A stretch of DNA of 57,498 nt, the filler included, from Dugesia japonica (Eukaryota), in the NCBI GenBank assembly GCA_001938525.1. It is 5 parts of 5 records of this genome, joined end to end, with 100 filler letters (N's around TTAATTAATTAA, not from the genome) between each part and the next. Parts side by side here need not be neighbours in the genome. Positions count along the whole stretch, not along the records: positions 34,342 to 48,339 come from MQRL01461382.1; positions 48,440 to 57,498 come from MQRL01417118.1; 3 more parts are not named here. One strand, written 5' to 3'. The first letter of the stretch is position 1. Each line of letters opens with the position of its first letter. The notes under the pieces are model-generated. The model saw only the letters and a program-made list of their open reading frames with translations. It made no database searches and was not told the DNA's origin. Shown piece after piece: positions 36,717-49,130 of this stretch. Made by a program: the position numbers and the translations under genes.

Positions 36717-37915
36717 CACTAATACTGTTCCGTTGTCTTTTATCTGAATTTCTTTTTCAGATACTCCTTAAATGAGAACATATGCCGATGTTGTTAAAGC
36801 TTTGGTAAACTTGATTTCCAATCTCAAATTTCCTTATTGAAGTAATTGACTCTGATTTATATCAAAATCTGGAGCAAGAACAGATGTAAAGAAAGGATAA
36901 TTATCATTAAAATCTTGAAGTGTTATTCATATTCTTATCCAAATATCCCATATTTTGTACTATAGATTGCATATTTGTTTGGCAAAATTATCGCTTGTAA
37001 AATCCTGAGCATATATTTCTCGATAATCAGTGTTTTCGTCAAGGAAACAGAAACAGCATCTAGAAAATTTGAACTTGAGCTTTTATAAATACCATTATAT
37101 TGTTCACCACTTTGAAATGTAACTAGTATAAAGCTATGTTATCGACGATCACCATAGATTTGTTTCTTAAAAAATAATCAACTATCTTTACTAATTGTCA
37201 ATGCAACGAATTCCTTGTTTCTTTTTGGATAAACATCATTTTGCGTTTTTAGGCCCATTTGATGAGCAATTAGTACTGAGGGTTCAACTAGTACACGTCT
37301 AACCATTAATTTTGCATCTAGTAATACACATTTAGGTGCATTGACTGCAGATTCCAAACAAATATTAGCATCTGCTCGTTTCAATCGAATATGGACATTG
37401 ACACCAGGAATAAAGTATTTCGGTTGATCCATGAAATCCAATTGTAATGAGCCACATAGTAATAATGGTTTTGATTTTGCAATAGACTTTTCTATCTACT
37501 TCTGACCCATATCCCGTTGCTGTAAGACATATATTTTTACTATCACCATTATAATTTATTATAGTTTCAATAATTGCTTTGTGAAGATAAGATCCATTTC
37601 CACCTTCAATTTTGAAATTATTAAACAAAAGAATTACATGCTTAAAAAGTGTATGCAGCATATAATTACTAAAAACTGCATAATGAGTGTCAGTCAAATC
37701 TTTACCAGCCTTATCAACCACTTTCACGTTAATATACAATAAAATATCATTCAAATCCAAATATTTTGTTTGAGATCCATTTATAGAAACTCTACGTCAC
37801 TTTGTGATTCAGAAATTGAATTCATAGGAAAGACATCTTCAAAAGTACCACTTTCAATTACAGTTTGTGAGGATAGTCTATCAAAAATACATAATTCAGT
37901 TTTACCTCAAATCAT
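36717..37915 (-). pseudogene. Maverick/adintovirus double-jelly-roll major capsid protein, frameshifted
   Basis: KTELCIFDRLSSQTVIESGTFEDVFPMNSI..VEF.INGSQTKYLDLNDILLYINVKV, NYMLHTLFKHV, DFMDQPKYFIPGVNVHIRLKR, and C-terminal GNLRLEIKFTKALTT. These are typical of the Polinton MCP family. Confidence 0.88.
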
Positions 37916-38024
37916 TTTTCAAATATTGTTCCAGATGGTACTTGATTAGTTATACTTTGCGGTAATATGTTTGCTACTTTTGGAATCATACTGATTACTT
38001 CGTTAGGTAATGATGATTCTTTCA

Positions 38025-38333
38025 TTCACCAACACACATACAATCCACACACCAAAATTCAACTTGACCTACTTTTAAAAAACCACCTTAACAACCCAAA
38101 CACACACAAATTTTAAAATTTAAAAACACACACACACATCCCTAGAATAAAAAAAATTGATCCGATGAAAACATTTTTTATCTTAAAAATCTTAGTAAAA
38201 AAACAAATAGAAAAATACCGTCAGAAAAATTCGGTCACAATCGTAAACAGTTATCGAACCCCTCCGGGGAGATAGGGGTCCCCTCAAATAGTGACCATTT
38301 AAAATTGTGACCGTGCGCTACTACCACCATACT
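38025..38333 (-). mobile_element. Maverick terminal inverted repeat (right-facing end)
   Basis: Ends ...GCGCTACTACCACCATACT. Homologous to 1493-1790 in inverted orientation and adjacent to the capsid module. Confidence 0.75.
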
Positions 38334-38339
38334 AGTAAT

Positions 38340-38773
38340 TAACCATCTCAATTAATAATTATGTTTATTTATTTATTTTTAATTATTCAGCGATATCAAA
38401 TTTGGTATAGTTTGGATAACAAAACACCATTTTAAAAACCTTTTTTGACATATATTTAGACCATTTTACCACCACAAAAGTGTTTTTCAACAATAATCGA
38501 TATTTTCATCCAACAAAACCAAAGTTGTGGTCCTCACATGTTTTTAACTTTACCTTGACCTACTTTTAAAATTTATTTTAAAAAATTAAAAAAAGAACAA
38601 AATATTGAAATAAAATTCCAAAAAAAAACTTTTTACTCGGGGGGATTAAAAAAATCTTCTACACATCTATATTGGTTAGAAAGATTTTCTCACAATTTAA
38701 TTGATGCATACTGGATAACCAAAAAAAAAATTCTTAATAATGTAGGGGAGATCAAACGCCTACCTATCTACCT
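38340..38773 (-). mobile_element. Second Maverick-type end
   Basis: Ends CGCCTACCTATCTACCT (AGGTAGATAG on minus) and shares CTTGACCTACTTTTAAAA with the preceding TIR. Confidence 0.5.
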
Positions 38774-39949
38774 GCTTTCTATACTTATTCTGAAAATAAA
38801 ATAAAATAGTTTTTAGAATAACATAATAAATCTATTTTTTTAGAAAGCTTGCAGAAGCATTTAAATTGTTTTATTATTTTATTATGGGGTTTTTATTATT
38901 CTGTTAATTAATATATTATTATGCTTGATCATATTTTATTATATTTAAGGAGATGATCAATGTAATCAATTACAGAATGCGTGCAAACGTAACATTCAAT
39001 TATTATTATGAAAAATATATATAAACATTTATTTCCAGAATGCCCCCCGGAGAAAACATTATTGTTGAGTTGATTTTTTGAAAAATTATTTATTTATTAT
39101 TATTTTAATTGTTTTTGTTCAGAAATAAATGAAATATGGAATATAACTAGTAGTTATTTATATTTTGTTTAAATTAATCAAATGAAAATTTATATTATAA
39201 ATATAAATATAATACTTTATATTATTAATATACATTAATATTTATTAATCATCTCTTTTCAAAAAAATTTTTATTATAATTAAATTTATTATAATTAATA
39301 AAACGATTAAATGAATATTGATTGAAACAAGCATTAATCATAATTTGTTTATAGATGTATAATATTTATTTTTAATAATAATCAAATACATTATCAAATT
39401 TTATCTTTATTTCTTTTTAACTAAAGACTTGGAAAACCTTCATATTAAAGTGATTGCAAAGTAATTTTATACCTCATCCTATTGGGAAAACATCATGGGG
39501 ACTTTATCCCACAACAATGGGGAACTGCTGCAGTAAACTATTATATTTATCATTGAAAAACAAATAAAACATCAATCTACATGAATCCATATTAAATATT
39601 TATTGCCAATAAGAAATTCGTTTCAAAATCTTTTTTACGAAATGTAAAGAAATAATTCAAGATTGTATTTAAATTAATTAAATATGAAAATAAATTAAAA
39701 ATTATTAAAAATTTATTTAATATATAATTAGACAATATTTAAACTAGCAGAGAAATATCAATTTTTTATTGTACTTCATTGTTTTTGTAAAAGCTGTTAA
39801 CTTGGGAAATATGTTGGAATTATATTTCAGAAATAATTAAATATCCATGAAGTCATAAATTACATCTATATATATTTAATGTGAAAAATGAAAAAAGAAA
39901 ACCCTTTAAGAAATCAATGTGATTGATATTTATATTAAATATTGGTTCA

Positions 39950-40930
39950 TAACATATAATATTTTGTAAAGTACCACCTCTGAACATTTTGAAAAGTGTG
40001 ATCCTGTTACACCAATTATTGATCACTTTTTCACCCAACTGATTCCTAATTTATTCACTGACATGATAAATTTTGGTTTTCAGGTCAATGAATGTTTTTA
40101 ATTTCTTTTTGTATATAATGAATTAATGTAACCACAGAGAAAGAAGTTCATTGGAGAGATAAAGCATAATCTTGGTTGACAGTTCAAATCTATATTTCTC
40201 AATAAATTAACTGTCCAGATCAAAATCTGACAATTCATGCTACAAAACATCGGTTATCATGTTAAAGTAACATTTTTTATCCACAGTAATTGCATCGCTA
40301 TTTTCGTTTTCGAAAAGGTACGGGCCAATTACACATAAAAACCAGAAACCACAGAATTCTGTTACTTTTGTGGATGTAAGGATTATTCAAGAACTACATG
40401 CAGGTTTTCTGTACTCCAAATCTGAAAATTTATCTTATTTACAAAGCCATTTAACCAAAAAAAAGTTTCATCACTGAATATGATTTTTTATGAAATAGTG
40501 GATCACTTTCAAGTTGCTCTAAAGACTAATCTGTAAATTATTTACACAATAAATGGTCCTCTGGTTTGAGTTAACTTGGATTAATTGAATCTTATACACC
40601 ATGAAATGCATATCTTTATAAATAATATTCCCTGTTGTGGCATACAAAAGTATAAGTTCTTCAGAACGACGAGGAGAAAATTGTTCCGAATTTTGATCTA
40701 AACGTTATTTTAGAGCATCGATATTTTCAGCAATAAAAATGTTTTTGACGGGTGGGTTTCTTTATATCACAAAGACTACAATATCATACGAAACCTTTAA
40801 TGTTATTAAGCATAGTACGCTCTGTAGGTTAATTATTTTTATCATAAAATTTACGTAATAAACGAAATTTACCCAGAATAAATTCATCGTTTTTATTAAT
40901 ATTTTTTGATTTCTTTTTGCGAAAGTAAAT
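39950..40930 (-). mobile_element. Tc1/mariner-superfamily transposase remnant, rosa/DD41D-like
   Basis: LKPEDH, KKIIFSDETFFWLNGFVNKIN.QIWSTEN, LHPQKVT..CGFW...IGPYLFEN...ITVDKKCY.NMITD, and C-terminal RGGTLQNII. Confidence 0.85.
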
Positions 40931-40974
40931 TTTTTTGAGGTAAATTATCATTTAGCACAATGAATTCTTACACC

Positions 40975-43890
40975 CTGTGATTTTCCCCGAATGTTGCATA
41001 GGACTCTTAACTAACGTTACTTCCTTTTACTAGCTTGATTTTTGTGTCTACTAGTACTTGCAAATGAATACAATGGCTTTGTGATCTGTTCTTGTTATGA
41101 ATTTTTTCCGATATAAATAATGCTTAATTGTGGTTGCAGAAGTAGCAGATTGCGAGTAATGCCTTCCGTGTGATACAGTACCCCTTCTCATGTGATTTCA
41201 TTGCATGTGAGCCATAAGCAATCACTCTTTCTCTTCCGTCGCCATCATTTTGTGATAGGACCTCTCCTATTGCGTCGAAGCTGGCATCAGTATCTAAAAT
41301 AAATGTCTTCTTTATATTAGGGAAGATTTCATTTCATGTTTCATTTCTGCAAAAGCTTTCTCATATCCATCTGAACATATTAGCTTTGTGCTGTTGCTTC
41401 CACATAATTCTTCTACATCTCTTGATTTCTTTGAATAATTCTTGATGAATCTTCTGTAATAATTGCATATTTCGAAGAAGCTTCTCAGGTTCTTTACAAA
41501 TTTCGGTTTCTCAAAATTTTTGATAGCTTCCATTTTCATTAGATCTGTTCGAATTCCTTCTTTATGTATTATGTGACCAAGAAATTTCACTTCTTTGAAT
41601 AATAGGTGACATTTTTCTGGATTCGCTGGCAACTCTGCCGTTTAGATCCGCTCTAATACCTGACTCTGAGTTATATAATATTATTTTAGTCCTTCTGAGA
41701 ATATCATTATATCATCCATATACACCGTTGCTCTATCTAGACCGTCAAATACTTTTGTCATTAGTTCTTGTAATGTTCCTGGGGCTGCTGCCATGCCAAA
41801 TGGCATTCTTGTGAAGCAATATTGATCATTTTGTTTGTCGAAAAGGCTATTTTCTCTTGTGTCTCTTTTTCTAACGGTACCTGGTAATACGCGTTTCCCA
41901 AGTCTATGGTTGGCTCCATACAAATTGTCTAACATTTCTTCTACGTTTGGCATCGGGAAGGCCTGTCGTTCCCTAACTGTATTTAGTTTCCTGAAGTCCA
42001 AGCAAAGTCTCACACCCTTTCTTTCTTTCTTCCAGACGCATATCAGTGGTGTCTTTCACTGCAAATTACATTTTCTTATAATATTAGCGTCCGCTAATGT
42101 TTTTATGGCCGTATCTATTTTTTCTTCTAGATTCATGGGTTGTCTCCAAGGCTTCGTATTTATTGGATTACCCTTTGTCACTATCTTGTGTTTCGCCAAT
42201 GTTGTGCATACGTTATCTGCTATGAATACTCATATATGTTTTACTATTCCCTTTCCAGTTTTTCGTCTCGTTTTGTCATCAAAATTTTCAAAGCTCTCTA
42301 TTCTCTTTCAGCATCCTCAATTTTAAGGCCAAACCGTGCAAACCGTTCTCATAATCCTTTGTTTCTTACGTCAAACGGTATCCAAACTGGCGTTGCATGT
42401 CTATTCCTCCAACAAGATTCGGACTCATTTCTTAACATACGGTGAATTGTACGATTTTCTTTTTGTTTCCGATCTCCACTTCTACATATATTTTGCCCGC
42501 AATGTTCATTCTTCTATTATTTGCTCATTTTAACAAGTCATCAGTTCCTATCAGCTCCACATTTGCCAGATTTTGAAAAATATTGAGGCTCATCGCGTTG
42601 ATCTTTGCACCTGTATCCAAAAGGCAGTCCATATATCTTCCTTGAATTCTAACTTCCACACTGAGCCTACCTTGCATTCCATCATAAATTATTTTTACTT
42701 GTTCATTCCCTTCTAATACCATTATTTTGTTATCATCATTTCTCGTTTCTTTCATTATATTGATATCTGTATTATACATATCTTTAAAATCTTTCTTTAA
42801 AAACTCATAAACCTTTCTTCTCTACTCTTTACTTTTTAATTTCATCTTTTATACTATTAATTATACTACTTTTATTATACATATGTATATCGCGGTCTGG
42901 AATTTTTTTCAGTTCATTGCTCCAGTCATCTTGACTTTGAATAGACCTTGTCTGTTTGTGGCTTGTTCTATATATCTGTTTGTCTCTTCGTCGTAATAAT
43001 AAATATTATCTCCTCTCTTTATGTACTCCTCATCTTCTTCTATCATTGCGTTTACATATCTACTGCCGTCTCTTTTCCTGAATCCATTTTTCACTGATGT
43101 CTTCCCACTTGGTTATGGGAATCTATTATTATCGTCATATCTTCTGTTTGATTCATCTCTTCAGTTGTATTGTGCTGCTTTGTTTCTTTGTTCGTTATTC
43201 TTCTGTCTTCTATCATTAGTCCACACACATCCTTTCTCCGAAATAGTATAACATTGTTCTGTATGATGTCCATTTTTTCCACATCTTGAACATCTAATTT
43301 TGTCACAATTCCTTCTTATATGATTCTCTTATCCGCATGCATAACACATTCTTTTCTTTTCCGGACAATTTCTGCTGATATGACCAAAATTTAATTTCTT
43401 TTTTAGCTTCAATTTGAGAAATGTTTTTGGTTTCTTTGTGTAAAAAATGAGAAATGTTATTTTGCCGTGCCTCTTTTTACTGCATTGGTGNAACTCTCCA
43501 CCGTATTTATATTATCTGTTTCTTTCAGGTCCTCATTTAGTTCAACATATGATTTTATTTTTGCAGCTATCTCTTCCGAGTTAGCTAGTTTGCCTATTTA
43601 AATATTTATTTGCATCCTTTTATCGCGGCAATTATTGAATATTAATTCTTTTGTCACCTCTTCTTTGTCTAGTTTGCGTGCAAAGATTTTATCGAACATT
43701 GTTAAAATCTTTTTCTTGTACACATAAACGTATTCATCCGTTCTCTTGTATTTTAAAGCTTCCTCCAAGTTTTGTATTAGAGCAGTCCTTTTGTGGAACG
43801 CTTTTCTCAGTCAGTCCTCAAAATCTAATAATTCATCTTGGCATTCGTATGGTTCTCTTAATTCTTGGAACTGTGCGTGGAAAAAGAGTG
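40975..43890 (-). mobile_element. Ty3/Gypsy gag-pol remnant (gag zinc knuckles, protease, RT, RNase H; integrase missing)
   Basis: GHISRNC..CYACG.ENHIRRNC, LLDTGAKIN, RLCLDFRKLN, MPFGMAAAPGTLQ, VYMDDIMI, FILDTDASFDAIG. Confidence 0.95.
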
Positions 43891-43899
43891 CTTTAAAGA

Positions 43900-45206
43900 T
43901 GATTTTTTATAAAATTCTTATAACATCTCTTAACCTGTTAATAATCTGACCAAATCAATACACAATGTCATAACATCTTTATTTTCTTCAAATAACTTCA
44001 AATTGTTATCCGAATACAGATATTCTCTGAAATCTTCTTCTATATAATCTTCAATTTTATCATCAACAAACTTTTCCATATCGTTCAAGTTCAAAACTTC
44101 ATTAGGAGTAGAATTTATTGGTATATAAAAACAGTCCATTAAGGCCAAATGGAATGTATGATTATGGCAAAGCTGATTTAAAAAAACCTAATATTTTTCT
44201 GTATTTTTTCATTACAGCTACTTCGTCGTTAGTTGATGTAATAACATCACTTTTTAAAGAAAGTTTGCTAGCTTAGCTTCAAATNNNNNNNNNNNNNNNN
44301 NNNNNNNNNNNNNNNNNNNNNNNNNNNNNNNNNNNNNNNNNNNNNNNNNNNNNNNNNNNNATTCCATTCCAAATAAATGAGCTATTACGTTTCTATAACG
44401 TAAGATGGTACAATCTGTCCATTCATCCATAGTAATAGCAAATTTATGATTTGTTTTTTTTATACTTTTCAAATTTATTTCGCAGTTCAATACATTTTTC
44501 TTTATAAAAGCTGATAATACAGTTTGAAATAGTTGTAGGACTTTTTGGAATTTTATAATCTTTTTGTTGCACGTATCAAGATATTGCACCCGATTTGCTT
44601 ATTGCTTTGATTGCATTAATCCTAGGAGTGGTTGAATTTCTGCACCCTACGTTAGCGTTGCAGGTACCACATGTTGCTTTACCAATTTTTTTCGTCTTTC
44701 TTAAAAGACTTCCACACCTCAGATTTGTTTAACATGCCTAAAAATCTAAATATGTAATTATGTAAGATAATCTAACAAACTTTAATTTACCTTACAAAAA
44801 CAAGAAATATCCAAAAGAAATTAAAGTAACAATTGATTACGATTTATATTAATCATTAAAACGTATAATGACAATAACAATTACTTATTGCGGCTGTTTT
44901 TTAAAAGCCAACTAAAATAATGTTAGACAAAACACATTACAAAAATTCAAAATGCGATTCTTTGAAAATTTTTTCAAAGCTTACTTTGATTGAATTTTTA
45001 CAATTTATAATTTGAATCGTTCAAAAATATTCTAAATTTCTTTCCAAATATTCGAATATCAAATTGTCAGTTAATACACAAATATATTCGAATATTAAGT
45101 ATTAGAATATTCAGTTCGAAATCTCTAAGTCGCATCAAAAAATGAAATTTCTTTTCATACGCCAATGGGGGGGTTAAACTCCTAAAACCCCTTGGCATCA
45201 CCACTG
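43900..45206 (-). mobile_element. hAT element 5' part (TIR, BED finger, transposase N-half)
   Basis: Terminus CAGTGGTGATGCCAAGGGG at 45206. Motifs SEVWKSF..ATCGTC (BED), FAITMDEWTD and QLCHNHTFHLAL (CxxH). Confidence 0.85.
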
Positions 45207-46182
45207 TATTACATTTACTAAATTGTCTTTGTTTCGTAGAGTTCAACATTTGTATTTAAACAGTAGACCAATCGTTATAGTAAAATAGTAGAAAACAATA
45301 TAATAATATAGAAAAATTTTATTAAGATTTATTAAATTTCCATCAATTTCCTTAATTTTTCTAAGTTTTAAAAAAATAGTTTAGCAAATGAAAGCCAGTA
45401 AATACAGTAAACCAGTAGATAGCGTAAGCAAATAGGTACAGAAAACCAATGAGTATAGTAAACTAGTGAACATAACTGGTAGTATTTTATCACAATACTC
45501 GATCAAATAAGTCAATTAGAGTAAGCTATTGTATTTAATTTTAGACTGTTAAATAGAATCCAGACCAATTATAATCAAGGAAAAATACAATTTAATTTGA
45601 AAAAAATTTGTAATTTAAATTATGTATGATTGTAGAATTAATTTAATGTAAATTAAATTATCTCAATATTTCAAAATTTTATAATGCTAATTTTATTAGT
45701 AAAATACTTTTACAATTAAAAATAGAATTCATTTAAAATAATTTCAAAATTTTAATTTATTATTAAATATTATTTCATCTTATTATTATAGTTTATTATT
45801 TATTTTTATAGTCATTTTCTATATTTCGAACCAAGTATAGTTATTCAACAAACCCTATATAAAATATGTTTGGAATTTTACTTTAAATCGACTGCTATCA
45901 TTTTCAGAGCCATATGATAGATTGATTGAGAAATGTATTAAAAAAGTCAAAGTGTTGTGATGTGCTACTACCCTTGTAGCGAGAACCAAACATGTTTTGA
46001 AAAAAGTAAAATTATATTCTTTTACTTGTAATTTAATTACAAGTTCAAAAATACCAAAAAATTCGACAAACCAAAATTGAAATTGCAAAAGTTTTCCCTG
46101 TGTTCTTATCATCCAATCAAAATGCTCAAATTTTCAGTACACTTTTTTCATCACATTTTTTCAGCACAGTATTTCATACATA

Positions 46183-47485
46183 CAGTCCGCTTCTAAAGTC
46201 TGTTCGCACACATGTAAATTCATAAGTCAATACGTATTTTTAATTTTTTTCAATTTGTTAAAGTAATGTAAATGGCAAAATATAGTAAATAATATTTTTA
46301 AAAATGTTATCAACTTATATTAAATGTATTTGATATTATATGACACATTTTAGATATAATGAATAATCAAAACGTCCTGATGAAGAACAGAATAATAATT
46401 GTGAAATTGATGATGGAAGGGTATAGTACTTGCTCAATAAAGCAAATAATGACAAACTGGCCTCATATTGATGAGTCAAAGCGTGGCATTCAAAGAATTG
46501 TGCATAAAAATAAGACCGAAGGAATGTATGTGGATCAGAGCCGCAGTGTAAGACCACCGAAATTATCAATACACATATTTATTCGACATTTATGCTAGAA
46601 AAATAAAAGCATGTCGCTAACGAAAATAGCACGTACTTGTAACATGGGTAGCATTCAACATCTGCCAAGATACACAGTTCACCGCATTCTCAATAAGTAC
46701 GAATTAAGAAATTATCCGACTGTTAGCAAGCCGTTGGTCAATAATAAGCAAAGGAAAAGAAAATTGCAATGGGTTATATCTAAACAGCCATGGGATGTTG
46801 ATATATGGGCACATGTTGTTTTTAGTGATGAGTCAGTGTTTCGCACATATAAGGCTGTTTCAACATGAAAGATTAAGTCGTATTTGTACTAAGAAGCTTA
46901 TTCAATATGGTGTGAAAATCCATGTGTGGGGATGTTTTTCATGATTCGGTGTAGGAATTCTAAAACGAATACAGGCTACATTGAATTCTGCAAACTATCA
47001 AAAAAAAATTTCAATGACATTGACCTAGTTGGCAAGTGCTTGATCTTCCCTCTGTGTAGGTTCATATTGCAGCATGACAATGGTCCTTGCCATTTCTCTG
47101 CATCAACATTTTCTTTTCTCAGTGAAAGTAAAATCGATATATTAAATTGACCTGCAAATTCTCCTGATGCCAATCCGATTGAAAATTTTTGGCATTTCAT
47201 AAAGATCAAAATGAATACCTTTGGACCTCTGAATGCTCATGAAATGTAGGCGGAGTTATAGAAGATATGGTATAATATACCCACTTCCTTATGTAGCATT
47301 CTCGTTGATTCCATGCCACGAATAGTGTCCTCTATTATCAAGATCAAAAGATACCCAACAAAATATTAATAAACTTACTATCGTTTGTAAATATAATGTT
47401 TCTTCCTTTTCCATTGGCTTTTCAAACGATTTTTCTGTAATTTTTGTAATTTACATAGGTGCAAACAGACTTTTGAAACGGACTG
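46183..47485 (+). mobile_element. Full-length Tc1 (DD34E) transposon, inactivated
   Basis: 38-bp TIRs CAGTCCG(C/T)TTC(T/A)AAAGTCTGTT... with 5 mismatches and TA on both flanks. Motifs VVFSDES and QHDNGPCH-x-SPDANPIEN with 34-residue D-E spacing. Contains stops and frameshifts. Confidence 0.95.
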
Positions 47486-47547
47486 TATATGTAAAAAACG
47501 ATAGCAAATGCTTAATAAAACATGAATAACGTCATTTAAAATAAAAA

Positions 47548-47598
47548 TTTATTGTAATATAGTATTTCGACGGATAAACCCGTTGTCATCATCACACA
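47548..47598 (-). ncRNA. Degenerate hammerhead-like motif (Penelope pLTR remnant)
   Basis: Minus strand: GTGATGA T GAC AACGGGTTTATCC GTC GAAA TACTA...AATAAA. Confidence 0.4.
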
Positions 47599-47744
47599 AA
47601 AATGAGAAAAATGAGTTTATTCAGTCTGTATTATTTAAACAAAGATTAATGCGATTATGCTGAATATAAGACGGCTATAATTCTTAAGTTTTAAAAATTC
47701 ATAATTTTATTTTCATAACTTATATTCTTATAAAAATTTTTTTT

Positions 47745-48339
47745 CTATAATAATATTTTATTAAAATTACAATTACCTATAAAATTGTTGGGACAAAACC
47801 CAACCAATTCATTCGTAAAAATAAAAGTTATAAAATAGAAGAATAAGCAAACTTCAAGTATAAAACAAAAAAATGAAACCAGAATAATAAAAACATTTAT
47901 TAAAAAATACAAATAAATGAATAACAAATATAACTTAATCGTTGGAATGTTTTTGGAATAATAGATAAATTCCTCCGGTAGAGAATGAAATGGAATATAT
48001 AACCTATAAAGAAAAAAATTTAATCAAGAAATAATTTGATTATATAGAAAATTACCTTTTTTCCCATATTCTTACAATAATTGTTGGAAAATTATTGTGA
48101 ATTTCGACCGAAAACAGCCAATGAAGAGACAGATCTGTACACAAATTACTTTAAAAAGGGCGCAAAAATAGATAAAACTTACCCTTAATAAATCGTGTCA
48201 TTCGACTTTATATCGTATATCGACCTCAGTTTGCAATTTAGAAAGATTTCAAGTAAAAAATAGACCGAAATTCAGAAAAATTACTTACCAGAAAATTTCA
48301 ATCCAATCCAGCCAATTACAGCGTTAATTAAGATTTCGA
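47745..48339 (-). pseudogene. Multi-exon host gene fragment with ~50-nt introns (possibly BACK-domain-like), likely defective
   Basis: GTAAG/GTAAT donors at about 48288, 48182 and 48055, with TAG/CAG acceptors. First exon reads EILINAVIGWIGLKFS. No clean continuous ORF. Confidence 0.3.
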
Positions 48340-48439
48340 NNNNNNNNNNNNNNNNNNNNNNNNNNNNNNNNNNNNNNNNNNNNTTAATTAATTAANNNNN
48401 NNNNNNNNNNNNNNNNNNNNNNNNNNNNNNNNNNNNNNN
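48340..48439. other. Artificial contig-joining linker
   Basis: Same 44N-TTAATTAATTAA-44N structure. Confidence 0.95.
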
Positions 48440-48921
48440 TATAATAATATAATAATATAACAATATAATAATATAATAATATAAAAATATAATTATATAA
48501 ATTATTTGTATGCAAGCGCTCCAGAGTTATTCAGCGAATTGGGTAAATATATCAAAGATGTTACTTACAAATAAAAATATAATTTAAAAGGTTTGCGTGC
48601 GAGCGTTCCAGATTCACTCAGTAAATTGGGTAATTATTTAAAGAATTTGGATTTTTTAAAGATTTTAAAATATTTGTTTGAATATTCAAATTTAAAGTAA
48701 AACGCCAAATTATTCACATTGATTTTTTATGGATAACTTTGAAAAAATTGATTTAAATAATGCTACTAATATTTACATTTTATACGTACCTCTCACAAAA
48801 TTTACATATTCTATTTAAAGTATTTATTTAAAAATTAAATGGGAAACATGAAATCAGCAGATCATCACTTTAAAAGTGTGAATAAATTTTCTGAGTTTCT
48901 TTCTCATTCCGAACTCGTGAA

Positions 48922-49130
48922 ATAGTGGTGCATATCACCACTTCATCACCCCCTCCCCCTCCCGCCGAGAAAAAGTTTTAAAAAGTAGTGATAAATTTTT
49001 AAAAATAAATTTAAAAATGGTGTTAATTTTTAGTGAAATTTTTAAAAGTTTTTAAAAAGCTAATTTTTGGGTTAAATTTTAAAAATGGTGTTTAATTTTT
49101 TAAAAATAAAAGAGCAAAACTGAGCGGTAA
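48922..49130 (+). repeat. End of the 12975-13266 repeat family
   Basis: ATAGTGGTGCATATC matches ATAGTGGCGCATATC, followed by a C-rich tract and GTGATAAATTTTT-type subrepeats. Confidence 0.5.
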
